Shown: positions 38,725 through 48,390 of the stretch, piece by piece | Layout: each line of letters starts with the position of its first letter | Numbering within the stretch: position 1 is the stretch's first letter | Source of the DNA: an uncultured Gammaproteobacteria bacterium | GTDB taxonomy: Bacteria > Pseudomonadota > Gammaproteobacteria > JAURND01 | Assembly (NCBI GenBank): GCA_963714975.1 | Contig: CAVQQD010000001.1 | Span: 224,001-288,000, forward strand | Direction of reading: 5' to 3' | Length of the DNA: 64,000 nucleotides | Position numbers and translations under genes: made by a program | Notes under the pieces: model-generated | Databases searched by the model: none | Seen by the model: only the letters and a program-made list of their open reading frames with translations | Told to the model about the DNA's origin: nothing

Positions 38725-39029
38725 TTTGGCATTTAAGAATAGCAGCACCAAACTGATCATCTAAGTCTCTGTAGACAAAAAAATAGTTCCTCCCTTTGGA
38801 AAAGCAAGGTTAGGGGGGCTTAGGAATCAAAAGCCCAAGCTATGTTTCCAAGGACTGTCATAATCGGGACGAGTAGTTTGTTGTTCAGTGGCTGTAGTCT
38901 CGGCGTTCACCTGCTCATATTAAAAAAAAGAGCGATTTTCGCAATACCGTAGTGCACTCATGCCGTCATCCCTGCATCCTGCAGGGATAAGGGTTTTAAT
39001 ATAGAAAGGTGTGCGCCATAGCTTTTTGA

Positions 39030-39413
39030 TTATTGCAGCATTTCTTTGAGAATCTCCTCACATAATTCGTAAGTTAAGGGTTTTTCCACAAAAGCGTTAC
39101 AACCAATTTTTCGGGCTTGTTCTTTGTGGGTATCATCACCATGCGCAGTAAGAATTACAATCGGGGTTGTGTTGATGGGAGGAGGGCATTGCCGAATATA
39201 ACGTGCGATGTCAAAGCCATTGCCATCCGGCAGGCCTAAATCACAGACCACTAACTGAAAGAGTTGTTCTTTGAGTTTTTCCAAGGCAGAGGTCATATTT
39301 CTGGCGACTTCTACCTCGCATTTAAGGCATTTAAATAGCCCTTGTTGTGCTTTGGCGCACATCAAATTATCTTCAACAAGTAATAATTTAATGGGGTGCA
39401 TTTGATTAGACAT
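39030..39413 (-). CDS. Single-domain response regulator (CheY-like)
   Basis: LLVEDN, CDLGLPDGNG, ILTAH, VEKP; ATG 39413 with GGAG RBS. Confidence 0.9.
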   Translation of the reverse strand: MSNQMHPIKLLLVEDNLMCAKAQQGLFKCLKCEVEVARNMTSALEKLKEQLFQLVVCDLGLPDGNGFDIARYIRQCPPPINTTPIVILTAHGDDTHKEQARKIGCNAFVEKPLTYELCEEILKEMLQ

Positions 39414-40001
39414 AAAAATACTCCGATGGATATTATTGTTAGAAAATGCAAGGAACCCAAGTAAAGTAAGTGGCAGCAAAGGATTTTATAGGCGAGGGCG
39501 CAGGCGCTAGCTTAAGAGAAGGAGTGCCTAAGCCCTACCTATTTCCTCTGCTACCAGCTTACCTCCTCTTGTCCTGGATGCTGACCACTAAAAAACCCAC
39601 GGCAAATCCTTACCTTATGCCAGCAACACCGCTGTGGCATTCGAGGAAAATCATTCAGCAAGAATTCGTTGCTCCAGGCGCAAAACATCCGCTCGACACA
39701 ATGCAGGTGAAAAAAATTAGTTAACATACAGAAAAGAGTTTTACGCGAGAGCGTAATCAAGTAAGCTTCTAGAGCCACGTGCGGACCTCGCTTATAGGTT
39801 CGTTGCTGGAAGTGCCTCAAGAATGTTCGTTGCATTCTTTTGGCGCGACCTCGGAGGCGCAAGCCCCCGAGGCTTTGCCATTATTCCTTGAGTTTGGCTG
39901 AAATGCAAACGTTTCTTAAGGGCGACTTAATCCCAGAGGCGAGTTCAAAGGGGAAATTATTTTTGTTTTTCCGCAGTTTCGCTATGTTACAATAGCCTCT
40001 T

Positions 40002-41093
40002 ATGAAAAAATCCTCGTTACAAAATAAGCTTATTTCTCTTACTGAACGTTACGAAGAGCTCAGCCGATTACTCAGTGACCCCAGCGTCATCAATGATCAA
40101 AATCGATTTCGTGAATTGTCCAAAGAATATGCGCAATTAGAGCCAGTGGTCAATTGCTTTCAAGCCTATCAGCAGACTGAAGCAGTCATTGCCGCGACGC
40201 AGCAATTGCTGCAAGAAGCAGATACGGAAATACACAGTCTGGCTGAAGAAGAGCTATCGATTCAGGCCCACAAGCAAGAAACTCTAGAAGAACAGCTTAA
40301 AATTTTATTGCTCCCTCAAGATCCCAATGATAAACGCAATGTATTTTTAGAAATCCGTGCTGCGGCCGGGGGCGATGAAGCGGCGATTTTTTCTGGGGAT
40401 TTGCTGCGAATGTACACCCGTTATGCTGAAGCACAGGGCTGGCATTTAGAAGTTGTTTCCGCCAGTCATGGTGAACATGGCGGCTATAAAGAAGTGATCA
40501 CTCGTATTACCGGGAACGATGTATATTCCCGGTTAAAATTTGAATCTGGAGCCCATCGGGTGCAGCGTGTGCCAGTAACTGAATCCCAGGGGCGGGTACA
40601 TACTTCAACTTGCACGGTGGCAATCTTACCCGAAGTCGAAGAGGTGGATGCGATTGCGATTAATCCCGCGGATTTGCGCGTGGATACCTTTCGCGCTTCA
40701 GGCGCGGGTGGCCAGCATGTGAACCGCACTGAATCCGCTATCCGTATTACTCACATCCCAACCGGGGTGGTCGTGGAATGTCAGGATGAACGCTCACAGC
40801 ATAAAAATCGTGCCCGCGCCATGAGTATCTTACAATCGAAATTATTACTCGCTGAACAAGAAAAGCAGCACCGCGAACAAAGCGAAAAGCGCCGTAACTT
40901 GGTAGGCACTGGTGACCGCTCCGAGCGAATCCGCACTTATAATTTCCCCCAAGGCCGAGTGACTGACCATCGCATTAATTTAACTTTGTATCAATTAGAT
41001 GAAGTCATGGAAGGGCTAGGCTTATCGTTAGTGATTGAGCCACTGATGCGGGAATATCAGGCAGATTTATTAGCAGAGACAGCTGGAGAATAA
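40002..41093 (+). CDS. prfA: Peptide chain release factor 1
   Basis: PVT motif (RVPVTES), [18 protein letters not shown]. Confidence 0.97.
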   Translation: MKKSSLQNKLISLTERYEELSRLLSDPSVINDQNRFRELSKEYAQLEPVVNCFQAYQQTEAVIAATQQLLQEADTEIHSLAEEELSIQAHKQETLEEQLKILLLPQDPNDKRNVFLEIRAAAGGDEAAIFSGDLLRMYTRYAEAQGWHLEVVSASHGEHGGYKEVITRITGNDVYSRLKFESGAHRVQRVPVTESQGRVHTSTCTVAILPEVEEVDAIAINPADLRVDTFRASGAGGQHVNRTESAIRITHIPTGVVVECQDERSQHKNRARAMSILQSKLLLAEQEKQHREQSEKRRNLVGTGDRSERIRTYNFPQGRVTDHRINLTLYQLDEVMEGLGLSLVIEPLMREYQADLLAETAGE

Positions 41094-41103
41094 TTCCCCA
41101 GGG

Positions 41104-41176
41104 GTCATCCCGAGGAGCTTGCGACGAGGGATCTCCATGCCAGTTGAAGGAGATCCCTCGCTTTGCTCGGGATGAC
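41104..41176. repeat. REPIN-like inverted pair (GTCATCCCG family) followed by short degenerate tandem repeats
   Basis: gtcatcccgag...gagggatctcc / ggagatccctcg...ctcgggatgac; similar copy at 60209-60290. Confidence 0.8.
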
Positions 41177-41245
41177 AGAGGAGGCTCGGATGACAGAGGG
41201 CTCAGACGGGGAGAGGGCTCAGGGGGAGAGAGGATTGATAATTAC

Positions 41246-42079
41246 ATGAAAACTATTACAGAAGCCCTGTCCATAGCTACCCATATTTTAAAACCCTACG
41301 TGCCACAATCTCACTTAGAGGCCGAATTACTACTGGCGCTTGCGCTGCAAAAACCCCGCAGCAGTTTATACGCCTACCCCGAATGCTCACTCACACCTCC
41401 ACAAATCGAACAATTTTCCTCACTTTTAAAACGTCGTAGCAGCGGTGAACCCCTAGCCTATATCCTCGGGGAAAAAGAATTTTGGTCACTCCCATTGCAT
41501 ATCACTCAAGATACCCTGGTTCCACGACCTGAGACCGAATTATTAGTCGAACTCGTGTTAAAAACGTTGCCCGCGCAACCACAACAGCTAGCCGATCTAG
41601 GTACAGGAAGCGGCGCCATTGCCTTGGCACTTGCTAAGGAACGCCCTGCCTGGCGCCTGACTGCCACCGATGCGTCACATCAAGCCTTGCAGGTTGCGCA
41701 GCAAAACGCCAAACGTCTGGAAATTACTAATCTAGAGTTTTTACAGGGAGATTGGTGCGCTGCATTACCAGCGCAAAAATACCATGCGCTCATCAGCAAT
41801 CCCCCGTATATTGCCGAAAATGATCCTCACTTAGCTGACTTAACTTTTGAACCCAAGCAAGCCTTGGTGAGCGGCGCTAGCGGGCTCGATGCCTTAGGCA
41901 AAATCATCCAACAATCTCCAAACTATTTGACCATTGGCGGTTGGATTTTTCTAGAACATGGTTGTGATCAAGCTGCCGCAGTCAAAGAGTTGCTGGCTGC
42001 CACAGGCTACCACAATGTAATGACCCACCAAGATTTATCAGGACAAGATAGGGTTACTGCAGGAAGACAGTGGCCTTAA
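41246..42079 (+). CDS. prmC: Release factor glutamine methyltransferase
   Basis: GEPLAYILG, PRPETE, DLGTGSG, SNPPY; follows prfA; ATG 41246. Confidence 0.96.
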   Translation: MKTITEALSIATHILKPYVPQSHLEAELLLALALQKPRSSLYAYPECSLTPPQIEQFSSLLKRRSSGEPLAYILGEKEFWSLPLHITQDTLVPRPETELLVELVLKTLPAQPQQLADLGTGSGAIALALAKERPAWRLTATDASHQALQVAQQNAKRLEITNLEFLQGDWCAALPAQKYHALISNPPYIAENDPHLADLTFEPKQALVSGASGLDALGKIIQQSPNYLTIGGWIFLEHGCDQAAAVKELLAATGYHNVMTHQDLSGQDRVTAGRQWP

Positions 42080-42107
42080 TATTTCCATAATAGTGCCCTG
42101 TTAAAAT
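42075..42107 (+). promoter_or_regulatory. PmrA-type direct-repeat box with -10 element
   Basis: cTTAAtatt-tc-cATAAtagt, 7 nt, TAAAAT. Confidence 0.7.
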
Positions 42108-42154
42108 GTGATTTGTTGTAATCTGTCATCATTGCGAGGAGTAAAAGGTTCCAT

Positions 42155-44617
42155 ATGAGCATAGAATTAAACACCATTAACGAACAAGAAAATTTAATCG
42201 AATACCCAAAGATTCGCAGAGAGGCTAAGGGCCGCTTCATTATCCTACCTGATCAACATGGTTGTACCCTGAAATTAATTTTTTCTCTGGTCAAAGAAGG
42301 GATATTTGAAATCGAACCGGGCGACTATGCGAAAATCGTTGGGATATGTAAGCGAGCCGAAAAACTTTCTCAGGAAGATGCCGAGGAATTTAATACGATC
42401 CTGCGAGATAAAATTAAAGTGCGTCTTCCGCATAAACTGCATTTACTGGAAGATTTATTGGCTGACCGAGGATTTTTAGGGAATGATTATTTGAATGTTA
42501 AAGTCATAGAAAAATTAGGGGAAGCAGGAGTAAATTATGGAATAAGTTGGGCAAACCACGGCGCAGAGGCTTTATGTCGACTGCAGGGAGCGGCAGGAAA
42601 TATTGACCCCATGCAAACGCAGAGTTTCGGGCATATGGTTAGATTTTTACTTCGTTATCCTAAAGAAGAACATTATAGGCACGAAGTAGAAAATATAATA
42701 AACCGATACTATAAACCCAAACTGGAAATTTTAAGTGGGGCTATTATCCCCGCTAATGACTCATCTTTGCCACCCACATTTCTTCACCTGTCACATGCGC
42801 CAACCGATGTAACCTCCACCCAAGCAAATTTGGCCAAGTATTTTACAATGGAAGAGCGAAAACATACGAAATTAACCGATGTGATACAAGAAAGAATGGC
42901 GATTAATGCTCAATTTCGACTCGCTATTGAAAAAGAGAATTTTTTTCACGACTGGCATACTCAATTAAAGGCGTGGGAATGCAATAAGAATCAGAATGCG
43001 GACTGGAATACATGGAATACCTCAAAGATCCTTCTTTCTCCACTAATTATACCCGCTTGGAATAAAGGGGTTCCAACAGATGAGGTTTATGAGGACATCG
43101 AGGGGCATCAAGTAATTCATGTGCATGGACATGTGGGGAATGCTCCCGAGATTCCGTCCCCTAAAAAACGCATCAATTTGGATGCTAACAATTGGCTAGG
43201 ACATCTTCAACATCATCAACAAAAAAACGGCAATTATCGTGTTTATTCCTGCACCGGCGCCCAAACTCTGGAAGAATATTTAGGGGCGAGCGTCACCAGC
43301 AAAACGCCTGTGCAGGAAACAAAGCCGAAGCTTCAAGAATCAAAAGCCTTACCCTTAGCAAAACTCTGGCAAGCACAAAAGGGTTCCGAAATTTTATCTC
43401 AGGCCAGGAGCGAAAATTGGGACGCCGTATTTTTTTTACTGGAATATCAACCAAAGCAGGTTAACTATATTGACCCAAATAAAGAGACGGCCGTAATAAA
43501 TAGCGCCTCTCTCCTGCAATATGCAGTGCAACAAAATAATGAAGCTGCTGTAACAAAACTACTAGAACTAAAAGCCGAGGTTAATCTCCAAAATCGAGCA
43601 GGGTACTCACCGTTATATTTTTGCAACAATGAAACAATAAAGGCAAAGCTCATAGAGGCAGGAGCCACTGAAGCCAAGAAATGTGCCTATCTAGATCCCC
43701 AATTTCTGGTGCGAGAAATCCAGCAAGCTCCTCCTGATAATGTTTGGGATTGGGAGTTGGCCCATTTTTTAGTGGCAGAACCGGATTGTCCAGTAAATGG
43801 CTGTAACGACTCTCATCAAACCGTTTTACAGCAATTAATTATCAAGCAAAAATTCCAGCTGGCTGAAAAGCTACTGCAGAGAAATGATGTAGAGGTAAAT
43901 GCAGAAGATAATCAGGGCCGAACAGCTCTGGATTATCTGCAGTACCAATATGCTCCGAAATTAAGCGAATTGCTAGCAGGCAAGCAGGCACGAAAGGGTT
44001 CAGGCAAGGTAAGTGAAACCAAAAAAATCGAGCCCATAATTCAGAAGAAAGAAAACATTCATTCCCATGAAAATCCACAGCCGCCTCCTCCACCTAAGGG
44101 GCAAATCCTCAAGAGGAGCGATTTACCCGCTACCCATGCTCCTCTCCCTTCAAAATTAGAGGCTCCCCTTCCTCCACCCCTTGCCAATAATGATAATGAG
44201 ATTGAGGAGCAGAAGCTGCAAAAAGCCAAGAAAACGAAATCCCGCTCTAATTTTTGTCGATACTTCAAAGCTCCAACTAAACCCAGCTTGCACACAGTGG
44301 GAAAAGGATCAGTGGCCTCTTCAATACTTGCGACTATGTTATTAACTACCCTGGAAATAGCAGCAAACGGTTATGAGGCTGAATGGGCAACCAAGGCCTT
44401 ATCTCCAGAGCTGGGAACACTGGGGAAAACTGCAGTGATCACAGCCGAGGATGTGTTAATTGCTTGCGCATTAATCGGAGGGCCTTATTTACTCTACCGT
44501 TTGGGAAGTTTTCTTAAAGCTTCTTGTGCGGCTAAACCTTCGGATCATGCCACTAAGACACAACAGACCGGCCCCACTCATACCGCTGGCGGAAGGCCAT
44601 CATCCACCAACACGTAA
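42155..44617 (+). CDS. Putative Dot/Icm effector: WipA/Lem3-like metallophosphoesterase + ankyrin + Pro-rich linker + TM (paralog 3)
   Basis: DQHG, EDLLADRG, ANHG, HGH; ankyrin repeats; poly-Pro segments; strong identity to the 33183 ORF. Confidence 0.75.
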   Translation: MSIELNTINEQENLIEYPKIRREAKGRFIILPDQHGCTLKLIFSLVKEGIFEIEPGDYAKIVGICKRAEKLSQEDAEEFNTILRDKIKVRLPHKLHLLEDLLADRGFLGNDYLNVKVIEKLGEAGVNYGISWANHGAEALCRLQGAAGNIDPMQTQSFGHMVRFLLRYPKEEHYRHEVENIINRYYKPKLEILSGAIIPANDSSLPPTFLHLSHAPTDVTSTQANLAKYFTMEERKHTKLTDVIQERMAINAQFRLAIEKENFFHDWHTQLKAWECNKNQNADWNTWNTSKILLSPLIIPAWNKGVPTDEVYEDIEGHQVIHVHGHVGNAPEIPSPKKRINLDANNWLGHLQHHQQKNGNYRVYSCTGAQTLEEYLGASVTSKTPVQETKPKLQESKALPLAKLWQAQKGSEILSQARSENWDAVFFLLEYQPKQVNYIDPNKETAVINSASLLQYAVQQNNEAAVTKLLELKAEVNLQNRAGYSPLYFCNNETIKAKLIEAGATEAKKCAYLDPQFLVREIQQAPPDNVWDWELAHFLVAEPDCPVNGCNDSHQTVLQQLIIKQKFQLAEKLLQRNDVEVNAEDNQGRTALDYLQYQYAPKLSELLAGKQARKGSGKVSETKKIEPIIQKKENIHSHENPQPPPPPKGQILKRSDLPATHAPLPSKLEAPLPPPLANNDNEIEEQKLQKAKKTKSRSNFCRYFKAPTKPSLHTVGKGSVASSILATMLLTTLEIAANGYEAEWATKALSPELGTLGKTAVITAEDVLIACALIGGPYLLYRLGSFLKASCAAKPSDHATKTQQTGPTHTAGGRPSSTNT

Positions 44618-45690
44618 TAAGGCTTGGCTAGCCGATATTTTCTTGCTTTATTGGAATAATCAACAATTTCCAAAAAACCCGATTGCACCCATTTTTTACA
44701 AAGTGCTGTGCTGGTGCGAGGTTGAAAGCCAAATAATTCGCCAATTTGATGACTGGTAACGACGTCATAATTTTGAAATAACTCAAATGCTTTGCGCTGT
44801 TTTGGATCCAAGGCCCTGATTAAAGCAGAATGATCTTGCTCGCCTTTATTTTTGGAGTGAATCATTTGCGTGACCACTTTCTCAAAAGCAAAAGCCATTC
44901 CCTCAATAAAATATTCAATCCAATCTGTAATATCACTTTCAACGCGACCAAAATAATAATTGTGTGAAGGCCCGATACTGATAGCACGATAATAGGCAAG
45001 TAAATTTCGTGCATAATATTCTTCTAGGGAATAAAGCCCTTTTAGATCATAGCCACCTAAATGCAAAATCAATGTCGTCAATAATCTCGCAGTACGACCA
45101 TTACCATCGTAATAAGGATGAATCGTTGCAAACTGGTAATGCGCAATGCTGGCGACAATCGGGCAGGGCAAATCAACACTTTCTCTGATCCAAGCAACCA
45201 GCTGTCGCATTAAAGCCGGGACATCCTTAAATTCTGGCGGCATATAGACAATCGTATTGGTCGCGCCATCTCTAATCACATTTTGCCCATCTCGGTAGGC
45301 AGTAGGGGATACCCGCTTTCGGCCGTCACTCATGACCAATGCATGAAGCGTTTGTATCAGCTTTTCAGTAATTGGGCATCCTTGAGCCACATATTGCTCC
45401 ACTTGCGCAAGCGCCGCATAATAGCCTTTTACCTCATGTTCATCGCGCTCACGCCCAGGGAAATGTCCGTCCAAAGTCAACACTTCCTTAACTTGCTCAG
45501 GGTCTAATCGGTTACCTTCTATCATCGTAGAATAATGCGTCGTATATAATTTCGCGGTTTCCCGCAATGAGGCTATAACGCTAGGATTAATAGGTAGCAA
45601 AGAAACCTGCTGTTTCGCAGCCTCAATTCGCATCAAATCTTTTGCTAGCTTTGGACTGATAACATACACAGGGTTGAATTTTGTCGGCAT
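44578..45690 (-). CDS. Fic family protein (N-terminal inhibitory motif, C-terminal HTH)
   Basis: STMIEGN; HPYYDGNGRTAR. Confidence 0.93.
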   Translation of the reverse strand: MPTKFNPVYVISPKLAKDLMRIEAAKQQVSLLPINPSVIASLRETAKLYTTHYSTMIEGNRLDPEQVKEVLTLDGHFPGRERDEHEVKGYYAALAQVEQYVAQGCPITEKLIQTLHALVMSDGRKRVSPTAYRDGQNVIRDGATNTIVYMPPEFKDVPALMRQLVAWIRESVDLPCPIVASIAHYQFATIHPYYDGNGRTARLLTTLILHLGGYDLKGLYSLEEYYARNLLAYYRAISIGPSHNYYFGRVESDITDWIEYFIEGMAFAFEKVVTQMIHSKNKGEQDHSALIRALDPKQRKAFELFQNYDVVTSHQIGELFGFQPRTSTALCKKWVQSGFLEIVDYSNKARKYRLAKPYYVLVDDGLPPAV

Positions 45691-45773
45691 ATTAATGGCT
45701 ATATATCAGCTAAATGTATACCAACAGTATGCTGATATTTTTCTGATAAATCAAGAATAAGCTGAATTAAGCT

Positions 45774-46901
45774 CTACTGATTAAAAATAGTGATATATCT
45801 TTTATACATAAAAGAGCGGCCATAAGTTTTACTCTCATCCTTAGGCTCTAATATATCTAAAGTGATTAATCGATCTATAGCTTTCTGAGCTCCTTGGCGG
45901 GTAAATCCGCTGAGATTTTGAACATTATGCACATTGGTTACGGGAAGTTTAAACAATTCGTATAAGATTTTTATTGAAGTTTCTGCTGAGGTTTTCCCTA
46001 AAGATTGAATTTTCCTTAAGTCTTCTTCTCGCAACGTATTAATTTTCTTGACTGTCTCTGTGGCTTCCTTGGCAATTTCTATCACTCCGTCCAAGAAAAA
46101 ATCAAGCCATTTTTCCATACCTTCACGACAGTAGTTGTTTAACCGATCATAATAGCTTTGCTGATGTTTTTTAAAATAGGAAGAAAGAAATAACAAAGGT
46201 CGATCTAACAACCCCTGTAGCCATAAATAAAGCGTAATCAAGATTCGACCAGTACGACCATTGCCATCTAAAAATGGATGAATAGTTTCAAATTGGGCAT
46301 GAATGATGCCTGCTTTTAGCACGGGCAATAGCTCGTTTTCTTGATGGCAGAATTTTTCTAATTCCCCCATTGCTCGTTGCATCTCATGCACAGGGGGCGG
46401 CACAAACAAGGCATCTGCAGGAGATCTTCCACCAATCCAATTTTGAGAATTTCGAAAATTCCCAGGATCAGCAATATGAGTTTTTCTGGCGCCATCCATC
46501 AGTAATTTATGGATTTCTTTGATAAATCGGAGACTTAGAGGAAAAGTTCGTAAGCGATTCAAGCCATAATTCAGGGCTTCAACATAATGCAGTATATCGT
46601 CCACATCATCTGGCAAGTTTTCAGAGGTTTTTGAAATCGCCTCTACTGCATCAATAATGGTCGCTTGAGTTCCTTCAATTTGGCTCGATGAAGCAGCATC
46701 CTTAGAGATATACATCGAAATAAAAAAATCGATGTCGGGTAATAGCTCAGAAATCCCATCAAGCTTTCCCAAAGCCAAAGTGGCTTCGCTTGCTTTCTGG
46801 ATGAGGGAGTTGGCGAAAATGAAGCCACCCTTTGGAGGGAAGGATAGAGGAATAAAGGCCTTATAGCCTTGGGACTGTTTGACAAAATGACCTACTTTCA
46901 T
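45774..46901 (-). CDS. Fic family protein (SoFic-like)
   Basis: SSQIEGT; HPFLDGNGRTGR. Confidence 0.93.
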   Translation of the reverse strand: MKVGHFVKQSQGYKAFIPLSFPPKGGFIFANSLIQKASEATLALGKLDGISELLPDIDFFISMYISKDAASSSQIEGTQATIIDAVEAISKTSENLPDDVDDILHYVEALNYGLNRLRTFPLSLRFIKEIHKLLMDGARKTHIADPGNFRNSQNWIGGRSPADALFVPPPVHEMQRAMGELEKFCHQENELLPVLKAGIIHAQFETIHPFLDGNGRTGRILITLYLWLQGLLDRPLLFLSSYFKKHQQSYYDRLNNYCREGMEKWLDFFLDGVIEIAKEATETVKKINTLREEDLRKIQSLGKTSAETSIKILYELFKLPVTNVHNVQNLSGFTRQGAQKAIDRLITLDILEPKDESKTYGRSFMYKRYITIFNQ

Positions 46902-46902
46902 T

Positions 46903-46978
46903 TTTGTTTACATCTCTGGGAAGATGTAACCAGTTTATCAAAATTTGTTTACATCTCAAGGCAAATGTAAACAAAAAA
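46903..46978. promoter_or_regulatory. Repeated inverted tgtttacat...atgtaa(a)c sites upstream of fic, putative operators
   Basis: tgtttacatct..agatgtaacc and tgtttacatct..aaatgtaaaca. Confidence 0.5.
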
Positions 46979-47150
46979 GTTATTTTTATGTGATGACGCT
47001 TTAACCCCAAAAATTGGCATGTCGGGCATGTCACTAAAATAAGATCCCCGACAAGAATTTCATAACTCACCTAAATTATAATTTTGGGTAGCGCAATCAT
47101 TTAGTGCTGTCTTCGGTATTAAGATTGATTATTGATGGGTGCCTCATTTG

Positions 47151-47537
47151 TCACCAAATTGTTTTCGCTTGAGGATAAGCAACAATGTGCTGATCCGGCG
47201 TTAGAATGGTGAGATTATGCTTGTGGGCGGTAGCAATGATTAGCCGATCCGCAGGGTCTTTATGGATTGGAGGTAATTGTGCGGCATATAAGGCGATTTC
47301 ACCATCTATGGGTAATTCAATTAATCCATGTAAATAAAGCGCTTTACTTAACCAGTCTTGCGGCAATAATGGTAACTCTAGAAGTTTTTTATTTACCTTA
47401 ACTCCGATTTCAAAAGCGCTTATGGCAGAAGTAAACAAAGCACTTGCATTATTACTAATTTGCTGACGGGCCTTTTGGCTTAAACTATCTTGTTGAGCTA
47501 CTAGCCAAAGTAATGCACACGTATCAAGTAATATCAC
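47151..47537 (-). CDS. vapC: PIN-domain toxin (VapC family)
   Basis: ILLDTCALLW, SAFEI, HKDPADR, LTPD. Confidence 0.92.
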   Translation of the reverse strand: MILLDTCALLWLVAQQDSLSQKARQQISNNASALFTSAISAFEIGVKVNKKLLELPLLPQDWLSKALYLHGLIELPIDGEIALYAAQLPPIHKDPADRLIIATAHKHNLTILTPDQHIVAYPQAKTIW

Positions 47538-47776
47538 ACATTATCCTCAGTCGGCCATTCATCTTCAGTGAGTGGAGACATAGGATCATAATGTATTTTA
47601 ATATCCTGTAAAATACTGTATTGCTGTAATGGGTCTATAGCTGATTTTTTAATAGGGACTATATCGGCGATTGGTTTGCCATTACGACACACCCGTACTA
47701 CCTCATTGTGCTCTTCAATTTGTGCTAATAAATAAGACAACTTAGTTTTCGCCTGATGAGTATTGACAGTAATCAT
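47534..47776 (-). CDS. Phd/YefM family antitoxin
   Basis: VNTHQAKTKLS, RNGKPIADIVP; overlaps vapC start. Confidence 0.9.
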   Translation of the reverse strand: MITVNTHQAKTKLSYLLAQIEEHNEVVRVCRNGKPIADIVPIKKSAIDPLQQYSILQDIKIHYDPMSPLTEDEWPTEDNV

Positions 47777-47858
47777 TTTCGCACCCGCACCATAAAATTA
47801 ACTAGACTAAGTTTAGTTCAAAAAAATGGGGTGGTCAACAATTTAATTAGGCATAACA

Positions 47859-48296
47859 TCATGAGCCCACCACCTCAAATGAAACCTCAATGTTGCCACG
47901 GGTAGCATGGGAATAAGGGCAAATTTGTTCGTGTGCTTCCTTAACATAAGCGGCCAGCTCTGTTTGCGGCAAACTTTTATCTTCCACTTTCATCTGCACT
48001 GCTAAGCCAAACCCACCTTGATCCCGCTTGCCAATTGAAACACTACAAGAGACCTTAGCTTTTGAGGCATCTTTATGGTATTTCTTAGCGACAAAATCCA
48101 ATGCACCGCCAAAACAAGCTGCATAACCTGCTGCAAACAAATGTTCAGGGGTGACGGTGTTGGGCTGGCCCGGACCGCCCATTTCTTTTGGGACGGATAA
48201 GTTGACTTTTACAATGGAGTCACTAGTTTCACTATGCCCATTGCGACCACCAATTGCCGTCGCCGTGATGGTAAAAAGAGGTTTTATGGTATCCAT
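47859..48296 (-). CDS. ohr: Organic hydroperoxide resistance protein
   Basis: GGRNG, PEHLFAAGYAACF, AHEQICPYSHATRGN. Confidence 0.93.
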   Translation of the reverse strand: MDTIKPLFTITATAIGGRNGHSETSDSIVKVNLSVPKEMGGPGQPNTVTPEHLFAAGYAACFGGALDFVAKKYHKDASKAKVSCSVSIGKRDQGGFGLAVQMKVEDKSLPQTELAAYVKEAHEQICPYSHATRGNIEVSFEVVGS

Positions 48297-48390
48297 GATT
48301 ATTTCCTTATATAATTTATGAGGTTGTTGTGGACCCACATTACTACTATTTTAGTAGGGTGTCTATCTTTCAGGAGGATCCGTTGGTTGT

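Noticed and set aside
39840-39905. c-di-GMP-I riboswitch on minus strand (GCAAAGCCTC...GAGGTCGC)
   Set aside because: No recognisable P2 stem with GNRA tetraloop or receptor; would need an Infernal scan
41144-41245. N-terminal extension of PrmC
   Set aside because: Derived from a REP and short tandem repeats with a TTG start; ATG at 41246 with AGGA RBS gives a normal-length protein
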